Origin: Alphaproteobacteria bacterium
Lineage (GTDB): Bacteria; Pseudomonadota; Alphaproteobacteria; GCA-2731375
DNA: 64,000 nucleotides
Direction of reading: 5' to 3'
Assembly: GCA_965225945.1 (NCBI GenBank)
Contig: CBDDBZ010000032.1
Coordinates: 1-64,000 of the forward strand
A program made the position numbers and the translations under genes. The notes under the pieces are model-generated. The model was not told the origin of the DNA. It was given only the letters and a program-made list of their open reading frames with translations, and did not search any database. Shown here piece by piece: positions 1 through 9,563 of the stretch (position 1 is the first letter of the stretch; each line of letters starts with the position of its first letter).

Positions 1-651
1 GCCCATCCGAGTAGCAGCGTGAACCCGTCCTACACGTCTACCTCGTTCATCCGGTCCAGCTCCGCGGAACCGGCCAACGCTGCAACGAAAGCGGTGTAGT
101 CCTCGAACCACGCCTTCTCTGGAGAAAAAGAATGCACGATCATCGCCGGCGTTCGACCGCGGAACCGCTCACATTCGATAAGAGCCGAGGCTGCCCGATG
201 AAACAACTGATAATGGAGATGTCCCTTAGGCGGAAAGGTCGTTCCCAACAAATTGCAGAGATATTGAAGCCGTGTCTTTTTCCCTTTGCTCGGATTGGCA
301 TACCATTTGTCGATTGTGTCGCCGAAGGGCTCGGAGACCTTGCCTTCCACTGCTGCAACCATCAGGTCACCGCCGACACCGATTAGGGCTAGCACGTCGG
401 TCTGACTGTCTCTCGATCCCCCCGGCAACGGCACCTTCCACTCGGGCATGGCCATAAGCAACTCAGGCTCTTCGTCCTTATACCGCGGAATGGTCTTGAT
501 CAGAGAAGCAACCTCGTTGGGGAGTCGATCGCCCGCCTCCCAGAAATAAGCAAGGTCTTGGCAGAATAGCCGGTCTTCCACTGCTCAGCCGGATCGGCCA
601 GGAAGGTCTGCCATGCAACGGGACCGTCCTGGGTACGTAACAACGCCCCAT
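1..651 (-). pseudogene. DUF6946-like (putative PD-(D/E)XK nuclease-fold) pseudogene, running off the window edge
   Basis: ORF 30-581 has SQTDVLAL/AVEGKVSEPFG/YQLFHRAASAL/VHSFS motifs. The family-typical N-terminus (MGRCYVP..WQTFLADPAEQWKTGYSAKTL) is recoverable from ATG 651 across two frameshifts. In-frame TAG at 30-32 is followed by DGFTLLLGWA. Confidence 0.7.
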
Positions 652-961
652 GGTTGCTCTCCGTCGTGGTTCATTCCCCTTGTGTCCCGTTCGTCCGATC
701 GTGTCCAGGCCGCCATACGCCCATGGACCGTTCCCCTTGCCTCCTGCCGCACCGTCGAGTGGATCCCGACGATCGACTGGCGCCCCACCGTATCAATGAG
801 GTTGGCGCATAGCCTTGCCTCCGGCCCGCTCCCGGCCGACCTCACCGCGTCACCACCGACGACCACACAGCGATGCTGGAAGCTGTCCTGTTGAGTACCT
901 CGGATTGGCCTTTTGTCCTCCGCACAGCTGTGCAAGCTGACGCTTGCGGGGAGGAGATCAT

Positions 962-1297
962 ATGGCACAGAAGCGGATATTCATGGTTATGAAGCGCCTG
1001 CTGCCAGCGCTCCTGGCCGTGGTGGTGGTGTCGCTGTCGTTCGTCCACGTTGGGCTTGGCGCGGACAGGGAGGGTGTCGGGTTCAAGATCACGCTCGGGA
1101 GCGGGAAGCACCCAGTCTCAAGCGAGTTTTACTCTTACAAGCAGGACGGCCCCTGGCGCGACGAAGTGACCTGGGGCAACGGCGGTCATCCGGTGTCGCG
1201 GGGGAAGTACAGGTACGATCCGTTTCCTGACGACCGGAGGTTCGATCCACTGCCAGGGCCGGTAAACGATCCATTTTCATTGCGGCGCCGGCCGTAA
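962..1297 (+). CDS. Small hypothetical secreted protein
   Basis: GGAGGAG RBS before ATG 962; signal-peptide-like KRLLPALLAVVVVSLS. Confidence 0.55.
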   Translation: MAQKRIFMVMKRLLPALLAVVVVSLSFVHVGLGADREGVGFKITLGSGKHPVSSEFYSYKQDGPWRDEVTWGNGGHPVSRGKYRYDPFPDDRRFDPLPGPVNDPFSLRRRP

Positions 1298-1378
1298 CGA
1301 AGAAGCTATGGCCGGACCACGACCGGCATGGCCGCTCGGCACTATCCGATATAAATCCCTTAATAAAGTGACGCACGG

Positions 1379-2227
1379 TCAGTAGCGGTGGCCTGTTAGG
1401 CTCTCACTCATGCCCCACAGTCGCCGACCGACTTCCTCATCGTGAGAGGCGGGTGAACTCGCAGTCGCGCGGCACTCGTCGAAATAGCGGCCAGACACGC
1501 CCGCTACATCGGCGCTCGTCGCAAGATGGACACTGGTGCGTGCGCCGGCCTCGGTGTCGATCGCAGACAACCGCATCGCAGCTTTTAGCGCCGCGACGAA
1601 GAGCCAGCCATTGTTGTGGCCGAACCTGCTGGCGACGAAACCGGGGTGTAGGCAGTTCACCGTGACCGACCTATCCACTAACAGCGCCGCGAGGCGATAG
1701 GTGAAGAGAATGTTGGCGAGCTTACTCCGCCGGTAGGTGCGCCAACCGCTATAGCGCTTCCTCCCCTGCGGGTCCTCCAGGTCCATCCGCGCGCCGCGAT
1801 GGGCCTCGGAGGCGACATTGACGATGCGCCCGCCGCCGTTCGCCTGCAGGCGCTCTAGCAACAGCCCGGTCAGCAGAAAATAGCCTATATGGTTGAGCGC
1901 GAAAGTCATCTCGATCCCGTCGACGCTCTCGCGACGGTCGGTGAAAACGGCGCCCACGTTGTTGACGAGAACATCGATCGCCGCGCTGCCCGCGGTAAGG
2001 CGCTCCACCAGTGCTCGGATCTCGGCTTGGCTAGAGAGATCGGCCTGCTCGAAGCGCACCCGGCCGTTGCGCGAAGACCGCCGGATCGCCTCGCAGACCT
2101 CCGCGCCCTTGTCCGCGGTCCGCCCGACGAGTACGACTTCGGCCCCCCTCTCCGCCAGTACCCGTGCCGTGACTCGGCCGATTCCGTCCGTGGCGCCGGT
2201 GACGATGCACAGCTTGCCGTCCATCAC
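1379..2227 (-). CDS. SDR family oxidoreductase (retinol dehydrogenase-like)
   Basis: TGATDGIG, NNVG, YRRSK catalytic motif, HPGFVAS. Confidence 0.92.
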   Translation of the reverse strand: MMDGKLCIVTGATDGIGRVTARVLAERGAEVVLVGRTADKGAEVCEAIRRSSRNGRVRFEQADLSSQAEIRALVERLTAGSAAIDVLVNNVGAVFTDRRESVDGIEMTFALNHIGYFLLTGLLLERLQANGGGRIVNVASEAHRGARMDLEDPQGRKRYSGWRTYRRSKLANILFTYRLAALLVDRSVTVNCLHPGFVASRFGHNNGWLFVAALKAAMRLSAIDTEAGARTSVHLATSADVAGVSGRYFDECRATASSPASHDEEVGRRLWGMSESLTGHRY

Positions 2228-3257
2228 CCGTCCCTTCTTCGACCGTTCCTGACGACGACCCTACATCGGACAACCATTCGAAGGCACTTGCTTCGATCGA
2301 TTTCTTCGTCTTGCCGACCGCCACGTTCCGGCTTCTCATGGTCTTCATCGTTTTGCACCACTGAGTCGGACCCGATTTCCTTGGACACAGAATTGGCTTA
2401 ATCGAAGTGTCCAAGGAGGACCGGAACATGACCGACAATTTTGAAAACAAAGTTGCTGTTGATGGGCCTAAACGAGGGCGAGCTTGGCTCGTCCACGTTT
2501 TCCCCGGGCCAGGTTTCGCCGGCAGGCCCGCTGGGACTTTGGCGGTGAGAGAGGTTGCCCTCGCTTTTGCTGGCGGTCGAAAGCGCACCCGGATTTTCCG
2601 CTTGCAGTGGCGAAGACCGCCGGGATCGATGCCTCCTCGCAAGATCCTCGGAACGCGCCATGAAGCCTGGAACTGCTCAAGACGAGACGTCCGGCCCTTT
2701 GGGGCGGCGGAGGTCGCGGCCCGCCACCTCTCCCGGCACGGGTTTGGCCTACGGCCTCCAGCGGGTCTGTGCGGCCTGGGGTTTTGCCCGTTCCTCGACG
2801 CCATGAAATCCCGGCAGCAGGCCACCGCTGAGCGCCCACCAGCAAAGCGCCGGGGACCGAAGCCCTCGATCTCGGACGAGGCTCTGCTGGTGGCCATCGA
2901 GGCCGACCTGGAGGCATCCCCCTGGGAGGGCGAGGGACACCGCAAGGTCTGGGCTCGGCTTCGGGTCTGTCGTGGCAGTCCCGCAAGCGGGTGCCCGGGT
3001 GCCGCTCTGACTCGGCGTGGCGAAATTCCGATCATCACCCGTGGCGACGGCGTTCGGGTGTGACGATGCACAGCTTGCCGTCCATCACCCGTCCCTTCTT
3101 CGACCGTTCCTGACGACGACCCTACATCGGACAACCATTCGATCCAGCCGTCCTACGCCTTCGTCGAACAGCCCCAGAGGCTCTTGCTTCGATCGATTTC
3201 TTCGTCTTGCCGACCGCCACGTTCCGGCTTCTCATGGTCTTCATCGTTTTGCACCAC
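2199..3257. repeat. About 160-bp direct repeat (2199-2361 and 3060-3257); the second copy is interrupted by 37 bp of IS3 integrase sequence
   Basis: Identical gtgacgatgcacagc...ttttgcaccac blocks; 3142-3178 is the reverse complement of 63643-63679. Confidence 0.9.
2362..3059 (+). mobile_element. Degenerate, multiply deleted IS3-family element (left end plus orfA/orfB fragments)
   Basis: TGAGTCGGACCCGATTTCCTTGGACAC end resembles the IS3 end at 63396; KRRGPKPSISDEALL..SPWEGEGHRKVWARLR OrfB HTH region. Confidence 0.8.
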
Positions 3258-3352
3258 GAACGCAGGCAGAGCGTCCACTTTGGCGTGACGGCACACCCGA
3301 CGGCAGCATGGGTGGTGGGAATCGCGTCGGTTGTCATCGGCGTGACGGGCCG

Positions 3353-4012
3353 CTATTGGGCATGATTCACCGAGCTCTTGCGCCAGACCGTGGCGAGCCA
3401 CGGCTGCTGCGCCCGCGGCCGGCGCGGCGGGCGATAATAGTGGTGTAGTTCCAGAAAGCCCGCGGCGGTGACGTAGGCGCGCCACGTTTCGAGATCATGG
3501 AAGCAGCCGTAGCGCCCACCGGCCCAGCCTTCCTCGTTGTCGCCCCGCGGGTTCGAGCAGAACAGGACACCGCTGGGCTTGAGGGTCGCGGCGAGGTCGC
3601 CAAGGACCCGGGCCAGCTGGCTGCTCGGCACGTGGAACAGCGAGGCATTTGCGAAGATCCCGTCGAAGCGGGCGGATGGCAGGTCAAGCGCGAGAAAGTC
3701 TTGGAGCAGCACCTCACAATCCGTCTTGGCGCGCGCCATGGCGGCGAGCTCGGCCGATCCGTCGAGGCCGACCGCCTCGTGGCCGAGCGCGGTGAACCGG
3801 CGGAGATCCCGGCCGGGCCCGCAGCCTAGATCGAGAATGATGTGGGGCGCCGCGCCTTCGATTGCTTCGAGCAGGGCCGCGATGTTCTGGCTGACGTCGT
3901 GGTCGGCCGTGCCGCGACGGTAAGCCGCTGCCATACGGTCATATTCCGCGATGGTAATGGCCGCGACTTTTTGCGCCTGCACCGCGTTTTGCACCGGAGT
4001 GGGCTCGCTCAT
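3353..4012 (-). CDS. Class I SAM-dependent methyltransferase
   Basis: ILDLGCGPGRD motif I, FDGIFANASLFH; probable start MSEPTP at 4012. Confidence 0.9.
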   Translation of the reverse strand: MSEPTPVQNAVQAQKVAAITIAEYDRMAAAYRRGTADHDVSQNIAALLEAIEGAAPHIILDLGCGPGRDLRRFTALGHEAVGLDGSAELAAMARAKTDCEVLLQDFLALDLPSARFDGIFANASLFHVPSSQLARVLGDLAATLKPSGVLFCSNPRGDNEEGWAGGRYGCFHDLETWRAYVTAAGFLELHHYYRPPRRPRAQQPWLATVWRKSSVNHAQ

Positions 4013-4151
4013 CGCGCGAGAATGCCATCGGGGATCGGCGAGCACCACCGATGTTGCATCGCCTCGACCAAAGCGCCCTCCTTGCAGCGTGGCGGCGGAT
4101 GGGTCGCCTTGTCCATGATCTCCGGATCGCGCAACCACGGGCCTCCCTGTC

Positions 4152-4280
4152 CAGCCAGGGGTCCGTCGTCTCGTCGCGCCGGACGGCCCAGTTGACGACA
4201 GCCATGGCGCCCGTGATCATGAGGCACTTGAGATCGCGCTGGCCCATCTTCGATATCCTGCCGAGCCGCGGTTTGCCTCC
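4152..4280 (-). pseudogene. IS110/IS1111-family transposase fragment
   Basis: GGKPRLGRISKMGQRDLKCLMITGAMAVV..DPWL, typical C-terminal domain motif. Confidence 0.75.
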
Positions 4281-4445
4281 TCGATCTTGAGCAGCAGATC
4301 TGCCAGCGCATTCTTATCGAGAACGAAGACGCGACCCGGCGATCCCGGCTCGTGGGCAAGAGCTTCGAATGAAAGCGTCCTTGCAGTCGAAACCGGCCGA
4401 ACGGAAGACCGATCCGACCAGAACTCATGCACGGCAAGAACGACC
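4281..4445 (-). pseudogene. DUF4007 (SspB-like) C-terminal fragment
   Basis: TLSFEALAHEPGSPGRVFVLDKNALADLL resembles the DUF4007 C-terminal motif. Confidence 0.55.
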
Positions 4446-4612
4446 CGCTCAAGGGCGATGATCTCGCGAAGCCGGTGGAAATAGAAAGTCTCCGTCTTGC
4501 GGTTCAGACCACATAGACGCGCTGCCGTTCGTGTTGTCGTGCCGGCAACAAAAAGCGCGATCAAACGATCCTGTTCTCTGATAACCTCCAAACTTGGTTG
4601 TCTGGGACAGCC
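4446..4612 (-). mobile_element. IS1595-family (IS1016-like) left-end remnant
   Basis: GGCTGTCCCAGACAAC IR-like end; QDRLIALFVAGTTTRTAARLCGLNRKT..YFHRLREII N-terminal fragment. Confidence 0.7.
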
Positions 4613-4887
4613 ACGTTTCTGTTTCCAGAATCCCTGGGTTATGACGTCAAATGCCCGCTCATCGCGCATCCATTGGCGATATCTGATGCAAGGACTTCGA
4701 AAGCCGGCTGTAACCGCACGTTAGCCGCTGTTCCACGACCAGGAACCCCGCCCGTGTACGATTCGCCGAAAACCTTGGCTGTGTTCGGGGTGTAGTTTTG
4801 ACTCCCTTCAACGCAAAGACTCTCCACCTGGCATGCGGATTCATACGCGCTGGGGCACCCGCATATCGCGAGGGTGCAGATCGGCGA

Positions 4888-5571
4888 TTAGCGGCAGAAC
4901 GGCCAGACTTGATACCAGGAGTCGCACCGAAAGCGGGATTCACAGCGCGCAAGCTGCGCTCTGTAACGATCCGCCGTCGCAGCGACCCGCCGGGCGGCAC
5001 TCTGCACCTTCGGTTTGTCCCTCCAGGTGCCCCGCCGATAACCGCCTTGCCCTTCGTGGTAGGCGAGGTAGAGGTGCTGCGCGTCGGTGAGGGGTATGCC
5101 GAGCTGACGCCTGGTTCGCTGGTTGTACCAGCCGATGAAGTCCAGGGCATCTTCCATGTCGCTGCGGCTGCGGAACAGACGTCCCCGCTCCGCTTGGTAT
5201 TCGTTCCAGACCGGATCCTGTGCCTGCGCATAACCCTTGGCAGAAGACGGACGGCCGAGCGGTATGAACCAGAGCCATTGGCGCGGCGGCCGGGCATCGC
5301 CCCGATAACTCGATTCGTGACGCACGAACGACATCTGCACGTGGATCGGTGTTCCCCAGCGGCTTGCGGACTTCCGAGCATAGTCATACCAGTCGGGGTA
5401 CTGCTGGAACACCTCGCAGATATCCGCCTGTCGTGTCGGCGGCGATGCGGTGCTACAGCCGGCGAGCGGTATCAATGCGGCCAACAACATCGCCGCGACC
5501 AATTTGGGGGAATTCCAGACCCCTGTCCGCAAGTCGGAAAGCCGGAAAGACAATCGCGCTAGCTGCTGCAT
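4888..5571 (-). CDS. Transglycosylase SLT-like lipoprotein
   Basis: Lipobox LAGC; RHESSY catalytic Glu; SSAKGYAQA, YLAYHEG; real start may be downstream (MLLAAL). Confidence 0.85.
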   Translation of the reverse strand: MQQLARLSFRLSDLRTGVWNSPKLVAAMLLAALIPLAGCSTASPPTRQADICEVFQQYPDWYDYARKSASRWGTPIHVQMSFVRHESSYRGDARPPRQWLWFIPLGRPSSAKGYAQAQDPVWNEYQAERGRLFRSRSDMEDALDFIGWYNQRTRRQLGIPLTDAQHLYLAYHEGQGGYRRGTWRDKPKVQSAARRVAATADRYRAQLARCESRFRCDSWYQVWPFCR

Positions 5572-5650
5572 GCGGTCCTCTTACTGATTTCCCCCGCCTC
5601 AAATTCTTCCTCGGGGCCCGGGCGATCGCCCACACCGGCCAATCACAACA

Positions 5651-5790
5651 TTCTATGTTGGTGACGCGTGCATTGAGGTGCATCACAAACTTCCGCTAGC
5701 TGACATGCAGCCCGGACACAATACGCAACTAGAGGAGCTAATGTGCCTGTGCGCAAACTGTCACCGGATCATTCATTGCGAACTTCGGAA
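5651..5790 (+). pseudogene. McrA-like HNH endonuclease C-terminal fragment
   Basis: Translates CIEVHHKLPLADMQPGHNTQLEELMCLCANCHRIIH; abuts IS256. Confidence 0.7.
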
Positions 5791-7130
5791 GCTTGTGTAG
5801 CGTGAGGTCTGGAAATTTGGCTTCGCCCCGCGCCGGGGTATACCCCGGCGCGGGGCGATCCGTCATTTTGGTTATCCATGAAAGCGTCCAAACAAACATG
5901 GAGAACCAGTATGCGGAAAGACCAGGATAGCGCTGTCGAGGCTTTGGTGGAACAATTGATCGAAGGCGGTAGCGAGAACATGGCGACGGTCTTCGCCGGC
6001 CTTTTCAATCTCGCCATGCGGATCGAGCGGGAGAGGTTCTTGGGCGCCGGCCACTATGAGCGCACGCCCGAGCGGCGGGGATACGCCAACGGCACCAGAC
6101 CCAAGAAGATCGACACCCCGGCCGGTACGGTGAGGCTCGAGGTTCCCAAGACCGCCGGTCATGAGGCGCCTTTTTACCCCCAAGCCCTGGAGCGCGGACG
6201 GCGCTCCTGCCGCGCTGTCATGCTGGCCGTGGCGGAGATGTATATCAAAGGCGTCTCCACCCGTGACGCCGAGGCGGTGATGCGCGAGTTCGGCCTGGAG
6301 AGCCTGTCGTCGAGCCAGGTCAGCCGCGCCGCCAAGCTCTTGGATGGGGAGCTGGATGCCTGGCGCAACCGGCCGCTGGGCGAGATCCGCTACCTGCTCC
6401 TCGACGCGCGCTATGAGAAAGTCCGAGAGGGTGGCGTGGTGCGCGACGCCGCCGTGCTCTCGGTGATCGGCATCGGCCCCGACCAGCGCCGCCGGGTGCT
6501 CGGTGTTTCCTGTGCGCTCTCCGAGGCCGAAGTGCACTGGCGCGCCTTCCTGGAGACCCTGGTTGCCCGTGGCATGCGCGGTGTCGCCTATATCGTTTCC
6601 GATGATCATCCAGGCCTCGGCGCCGCGCGCAAGGCCGTCCTCGGCGGCGCCGTCTGGCAGCGCTGTCAGTACCATCTGGCTCAAAACGCCATCCATCACG
6701 CCCCCAACCTCGCCATCCGAAAGGCCATCGGCAAGGAGCTGCGCCGGGTCTGGAATGCCGCCGACGGCAAGGCCGCCGAGGCCGAGCTGGGCCATCTGGT
6801 GGCGGCCTACCGCGATAGCGCCCCCAAGCTCGCCGATTGGCTGGAGACGGCGATCCCCGAGGGCCTCGCCGTCTTCGCCCTGCCCGAGCGCCACCAAAAG
6901 CGCATGCGAACCTCGAACCCCATGGAGCGATCCATCCAGCAGGAGATCAAGCGCCGCACCGTAAAGGTCAGGGTCTTTCCCAACGAGGCCTCGCTCGAAC
7001 GTCTGGTCACCGCCATCCTCGTCGAAATCGACGAGAAATGGGAAACCACCGAAAAACCCTACATCACTTGGAAAGCAGAGGATGACTGATCAACGGCGTT
7101 CCGAATTTCCACACATCAGGTTGCTCAATC
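5791..7130 (+). mobile_element. IS256-family element, copy 1
   Basis: Imperfect TIRs GCTTGTGTAGCGTGAGGTCTGGAAATT / GATTGAGCAACCTGATGTGTGGAAATT; near-identical copies at 58796 and 62049; no target duplication. Confidence 0.93.
5878..7089 (+). CDS. IS256-family transposase
   Basis: LLDARYEKVR, SDDHPGL, WQRCQYH, RTSNPMER DDE motifs. Confidence 0.95.
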   Translation: MKASKQTWRTSMRKDQDSAVEALVEQLIEGGSENMATVFAGLFNLAMRIERERFLGAGHYERTPERRGYANGTRPKKIDTPAGTVRLEVPKTAGHEAPFYPQALERGRRSCRAVMLAVAEMYIKGVSTRDAEAVMREFGLESLSSSQVSRAAKLLDGELDAWRNRPLGEIRYLLLDARYEKVREGGVVRDAAVLSVIGIGPDQRRRVLGVSCALSEAEVHWRAFLETLVARGMRGVAYIVSDDHPGLGAARKAVLGGAVWQRCQYHLAQNAIHHAPNLAIRKAIGKELRRVWNAADGKAAEAELGHLVAAYRDSAPKLADWLETAIPEGLAVFALPERHQKRMRTSNPMERSIQQEIKRRTVKVRVFPNEASLERLVTAILVEIDEKWETTEKPYITWKAEDD

Positions 7131-7342
7131 TTATGCCGGAAGAGGATGGGATGGCGGTCGCCGGCCACGCTTCCAGGTTGCAGCCGAATGCGAAAGTACT
7201 TGCGATCTCAGGCGGAGGTAAATTCTTAGATGCCGATCATTCGCTGAGCGTGATGAAGATGCTTGGCGTGGATGCCACGCTGCGGAAGCCATTCACCCAC
7301 GACGAGTTCATTGATGCGGTAAATGATCTCTTGAGGCAATAA
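7131..7342 (+). pseudogene. Response-regulator receiver domain, N-terminally truncated by IS256
   Basis: LMPEEDG..VLAISGGG..LGVDATLRKPF. Confidence 0.8.
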
Positions 7343-7378
7343 CTCGAAAAGACGATCGATCTTCCTCACCCTGGGCAT

Positions 7379-7412
7379 TTTACGTCTGATAAGTGTTCTT
7401 ATCAGGCCTAAA
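7379..7412. other. Putative tyrosine-recombinase crossover site A (14-6-14 palindrome)
   Basis: TTTACGTCTGATAA-GTGTTC-TTATCAGGCCTAAA; related site at 16766. Confidence 0.55.
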
Positions 7413-7574
7413 TCCCTCTCACCGTAAAGTACGTGAGCGAGGCTAGAATTCCAGGAGACGTAAGCCGTTCCAGCTCAGGTGCCCGATCTAGCAAGGTGAC
7501 ATCGGCGGCGAGACAGCCGTTCCTCGCTGCTAACCACACGAGCTTTCCCTGAACGGCAGATATCCGATAGGGGC

Positions 7575-8564
7575 TCAGGGAATCGCGGCGCCTGGGGGCG
7601 GTGTTTCGTAGAGGAAACAGGCGACCGAGCGGGCCTCCCCACGGGGGAGGAGGCGCGGGACCAGCGCGCTGCACGGCTCGAATACGGCCGGGCAGCGAGG
7701 GTGAAAGGTGCAGGCGGGGGGCGGGTTCGAGGGATCGGGCGCGTCCCCGCGAACGAGCACCTCCTTCTCCTCGCCCTGCTCGAGCAGCCGCGCGGACAGC
7801 AACGCCCTCGTGTACGGATGCAGGGGGTCCTCGAAGACGAGCTCGGTCTTGCCCGTCTCCACGATCTTCCCTAGGTACATGACCGCGATGGTGTCGCTGA
7901 TCATCCCCACCACGTTGATGTCGTGGCTGATAAAGAGGTAGCTGAGCCCCAGCTCTTGCTGCAGACGCTTGAGCAGGATGAGTATCTGGGCCTGGACGGA
8001 GACGTCGAGGGCGGAGACCGGCTCGTCCAGGACGAGGAACTTCGGATGGAGCGCGAGCGCTCGTGCAATGCCCACGCGCTGGCGCTGACCTCCGCTCAGC
8101 TGGTGGGGGTAGCGGCCGCCGAAGCTGCCGTCGAGGCCGACCAGCTCCAGCAGCTCCTCGACCCGCGCCCTGAGGGCGCCGCCGCCCGCGTGACCGTGCG
8201 CCCGCAGGGGCAGCGAGATGCACTGGGCGACGGACTTGCGGGGGTTGAGCGAGCTGTAGGGGTCCTGAAAGACGATCTGGACGTGCTCGCGCAGCTGCCG
8301 CAGCCGCTCTCCCCTGAGATGGGTGATCGCCTGTCCCTCGAAAAGGATGTCGCCCGAGGTGGGTTCCAGGAGCCGGGTGAGAAGACGGGCGGTCGTGCTC
8401 TTACCGCAGCCCGATTCCCCCACGAGCCCCAGGGTCTCGCCCTCCCCGATGGCGAGATTGAGCCCGTCCACCGCACGCAGGAGCCGTCTACGGCCGCCCC
8501 AGATGTTTCGCCCGCGCGCGGGGAAGACCTTGGTCAGCTCGAGCACCTCGACCAGTGGCGGCAT
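7575..8564 (-). CDS. Dpp/Opp-type ABC transporter ATP-binding protein (F subunit)
   Basis: GESGCGKS, LSGGQRQR, LDEP, Cys-rich C-terminal oligo_HPY region. Confidence 0.95.
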   Translation of the reverse strand: MPPLVEVLELTKVFPARGRNIWGGRRRLLRAVDGLNLAIGEGETLGLVGESGCGKSTTARLLTRLLEPTSGDILFEGQAITHLRGERLRQLREHVQIVFQDPYSSLNPRKSVAQCISLPLRAHGHAGGGALRARVEELLELVGLDGSFGGRYPHQLSGGQRQRVGIARALALHPKFLVLDEPVSALDVSVQAQILILLKRLQQELGLSYLFISHDINVVGMISDTIAVMYLGKIVETGKTELVFEDPLHPYTRALLSARLLEQGEEKEVLVRGDAPDPSNPPPACTFHPRCPAVFEPCSALVPRLLPRGEARSVACFLYETPPPGAAIP

Positions 8565-8579
8565 GGCGGGTCCCGGGCG

Positions 8580-9551
8580 CTAGTCCGCCAGCACGCAGCG
8601 CGCGAAGTGATCGGGTCCCACTTCCCTCCAGGGCGGCGGCTCCTGGGTGCACACCGTCATCGCCTTGGGGCATCGCGGGGCGAAGGCGCACCCGGGCATC
8701 GGCCGGTCCGCGCGGGGGGGCTCTCCTTCGATGGCGGCCGGCAATCGGCCGCGGTGCTCGATCTTGGGGATGCAGCCGATCAAGCCCTGAGTATAAGGGT
8801 GTTTCGGCCTCGTCAGCACCACGTTGGTGAACCCCTCCTCGACCACCCGCCCCGCGTACATGACGACGGTGTACTCACACACCCGGGCGATCACCGCGAG
8901 GTCGTGGGAGATGAGGAGGATCGCGGTGCCGAAGCGCTGGCGAAGCTCCCGCAGGAGGGCCAGAATCTGGGCCTGGATGGTGGCGTCGAGCGCGCTGGTG
9001 GGCTCGTCGCCGATGATGAGAGCGGGCTCGTAGCTGAGCGCCATGGCGATCGCGGCCCGCTGGCACATGCCGACGCTCAGCTGGTGGGGGTAGGCGCTCA
9101 TGATGCTCTCGGGCGAGGGCACCCGGGCGCTGCTGAGGAACTGCTCCGCCCGCTCTCGGGCTCGGGCCTTCGAGAGATTGAGGTGCCAGCGGGTGCCCTC
9201 GATCATCTGCTTCCCGACCGGCGACATCGGATTCAGAGACGCTACCGGGTCCTGGAAGATCATCGCGATCTGCTTGCCCCGGATATGACACATCTCCCTC
9301 TCCGACGCCTTCAGCAGATCCCGCCCCCGGAACCGGATCTCCCCGCGGACGATTCGCCCCGGTGGCTCGATGAGCCGCATGATGGAGCGCGCGGTAACGG
9401 TCTTGCCCGATCCGGACTCCCCCACGATGCCCACGCTCCGCCCCCGGGCGATCCGCAGGTCCACCCCCTCGGCCGCCCTCACCTCCCGGCCGTCGGAGGA
9501 GAAACGCGTCGAGAGGTCCCTGACCTCCAGCAGCAGCTCGTTCGTCTCCAC
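8580..9551 (-). CDS. Dpp/Opp-type ABC transporter ATP-binding protein (D subunit)
   Basis: GESGSGKT, LSVGMCQR, DEPT, HPYT. Confidence 0.95.
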   Translation of the reverse strand: METNELLLEVRDLSTRFSSDGREVRAAEGVDLRIARGRSVGIVGESGSGKTVTARSIMRLIEPPGRIVRGEIRFRGRDLLKASEREMCHIRGKQIAMIFQDPVASLNPMSPVGKQMIEGTRWHLNLSKARARERAEQFLSSARVPSPESIMSAYPHQLSVGMCQRAAIAMALSYEPALIIGDEPTSALDATIQAQILALLRELRQRFGTAILLISHDLAVIARVCEYTVVMYAGRVVEEGFTNVVLTRPKHPYTQGLIGCIPKIEHRGRLPAAIEGEPPRADRPMPGCAFAPRCPKAMTVCTQEPPPWREVGPDHFARCVLAD

Positions 9552-9563
9552 CGCGCCCCCCGG

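Noticed and set aside
7379-7412. Chromosomal dif site
   Set aside because: The ATAA-N6-TTAT core fits, but neither arm matches the XerD arm TTATGTTAAAT and a second related site exists; kept only as a dif/lox-like site
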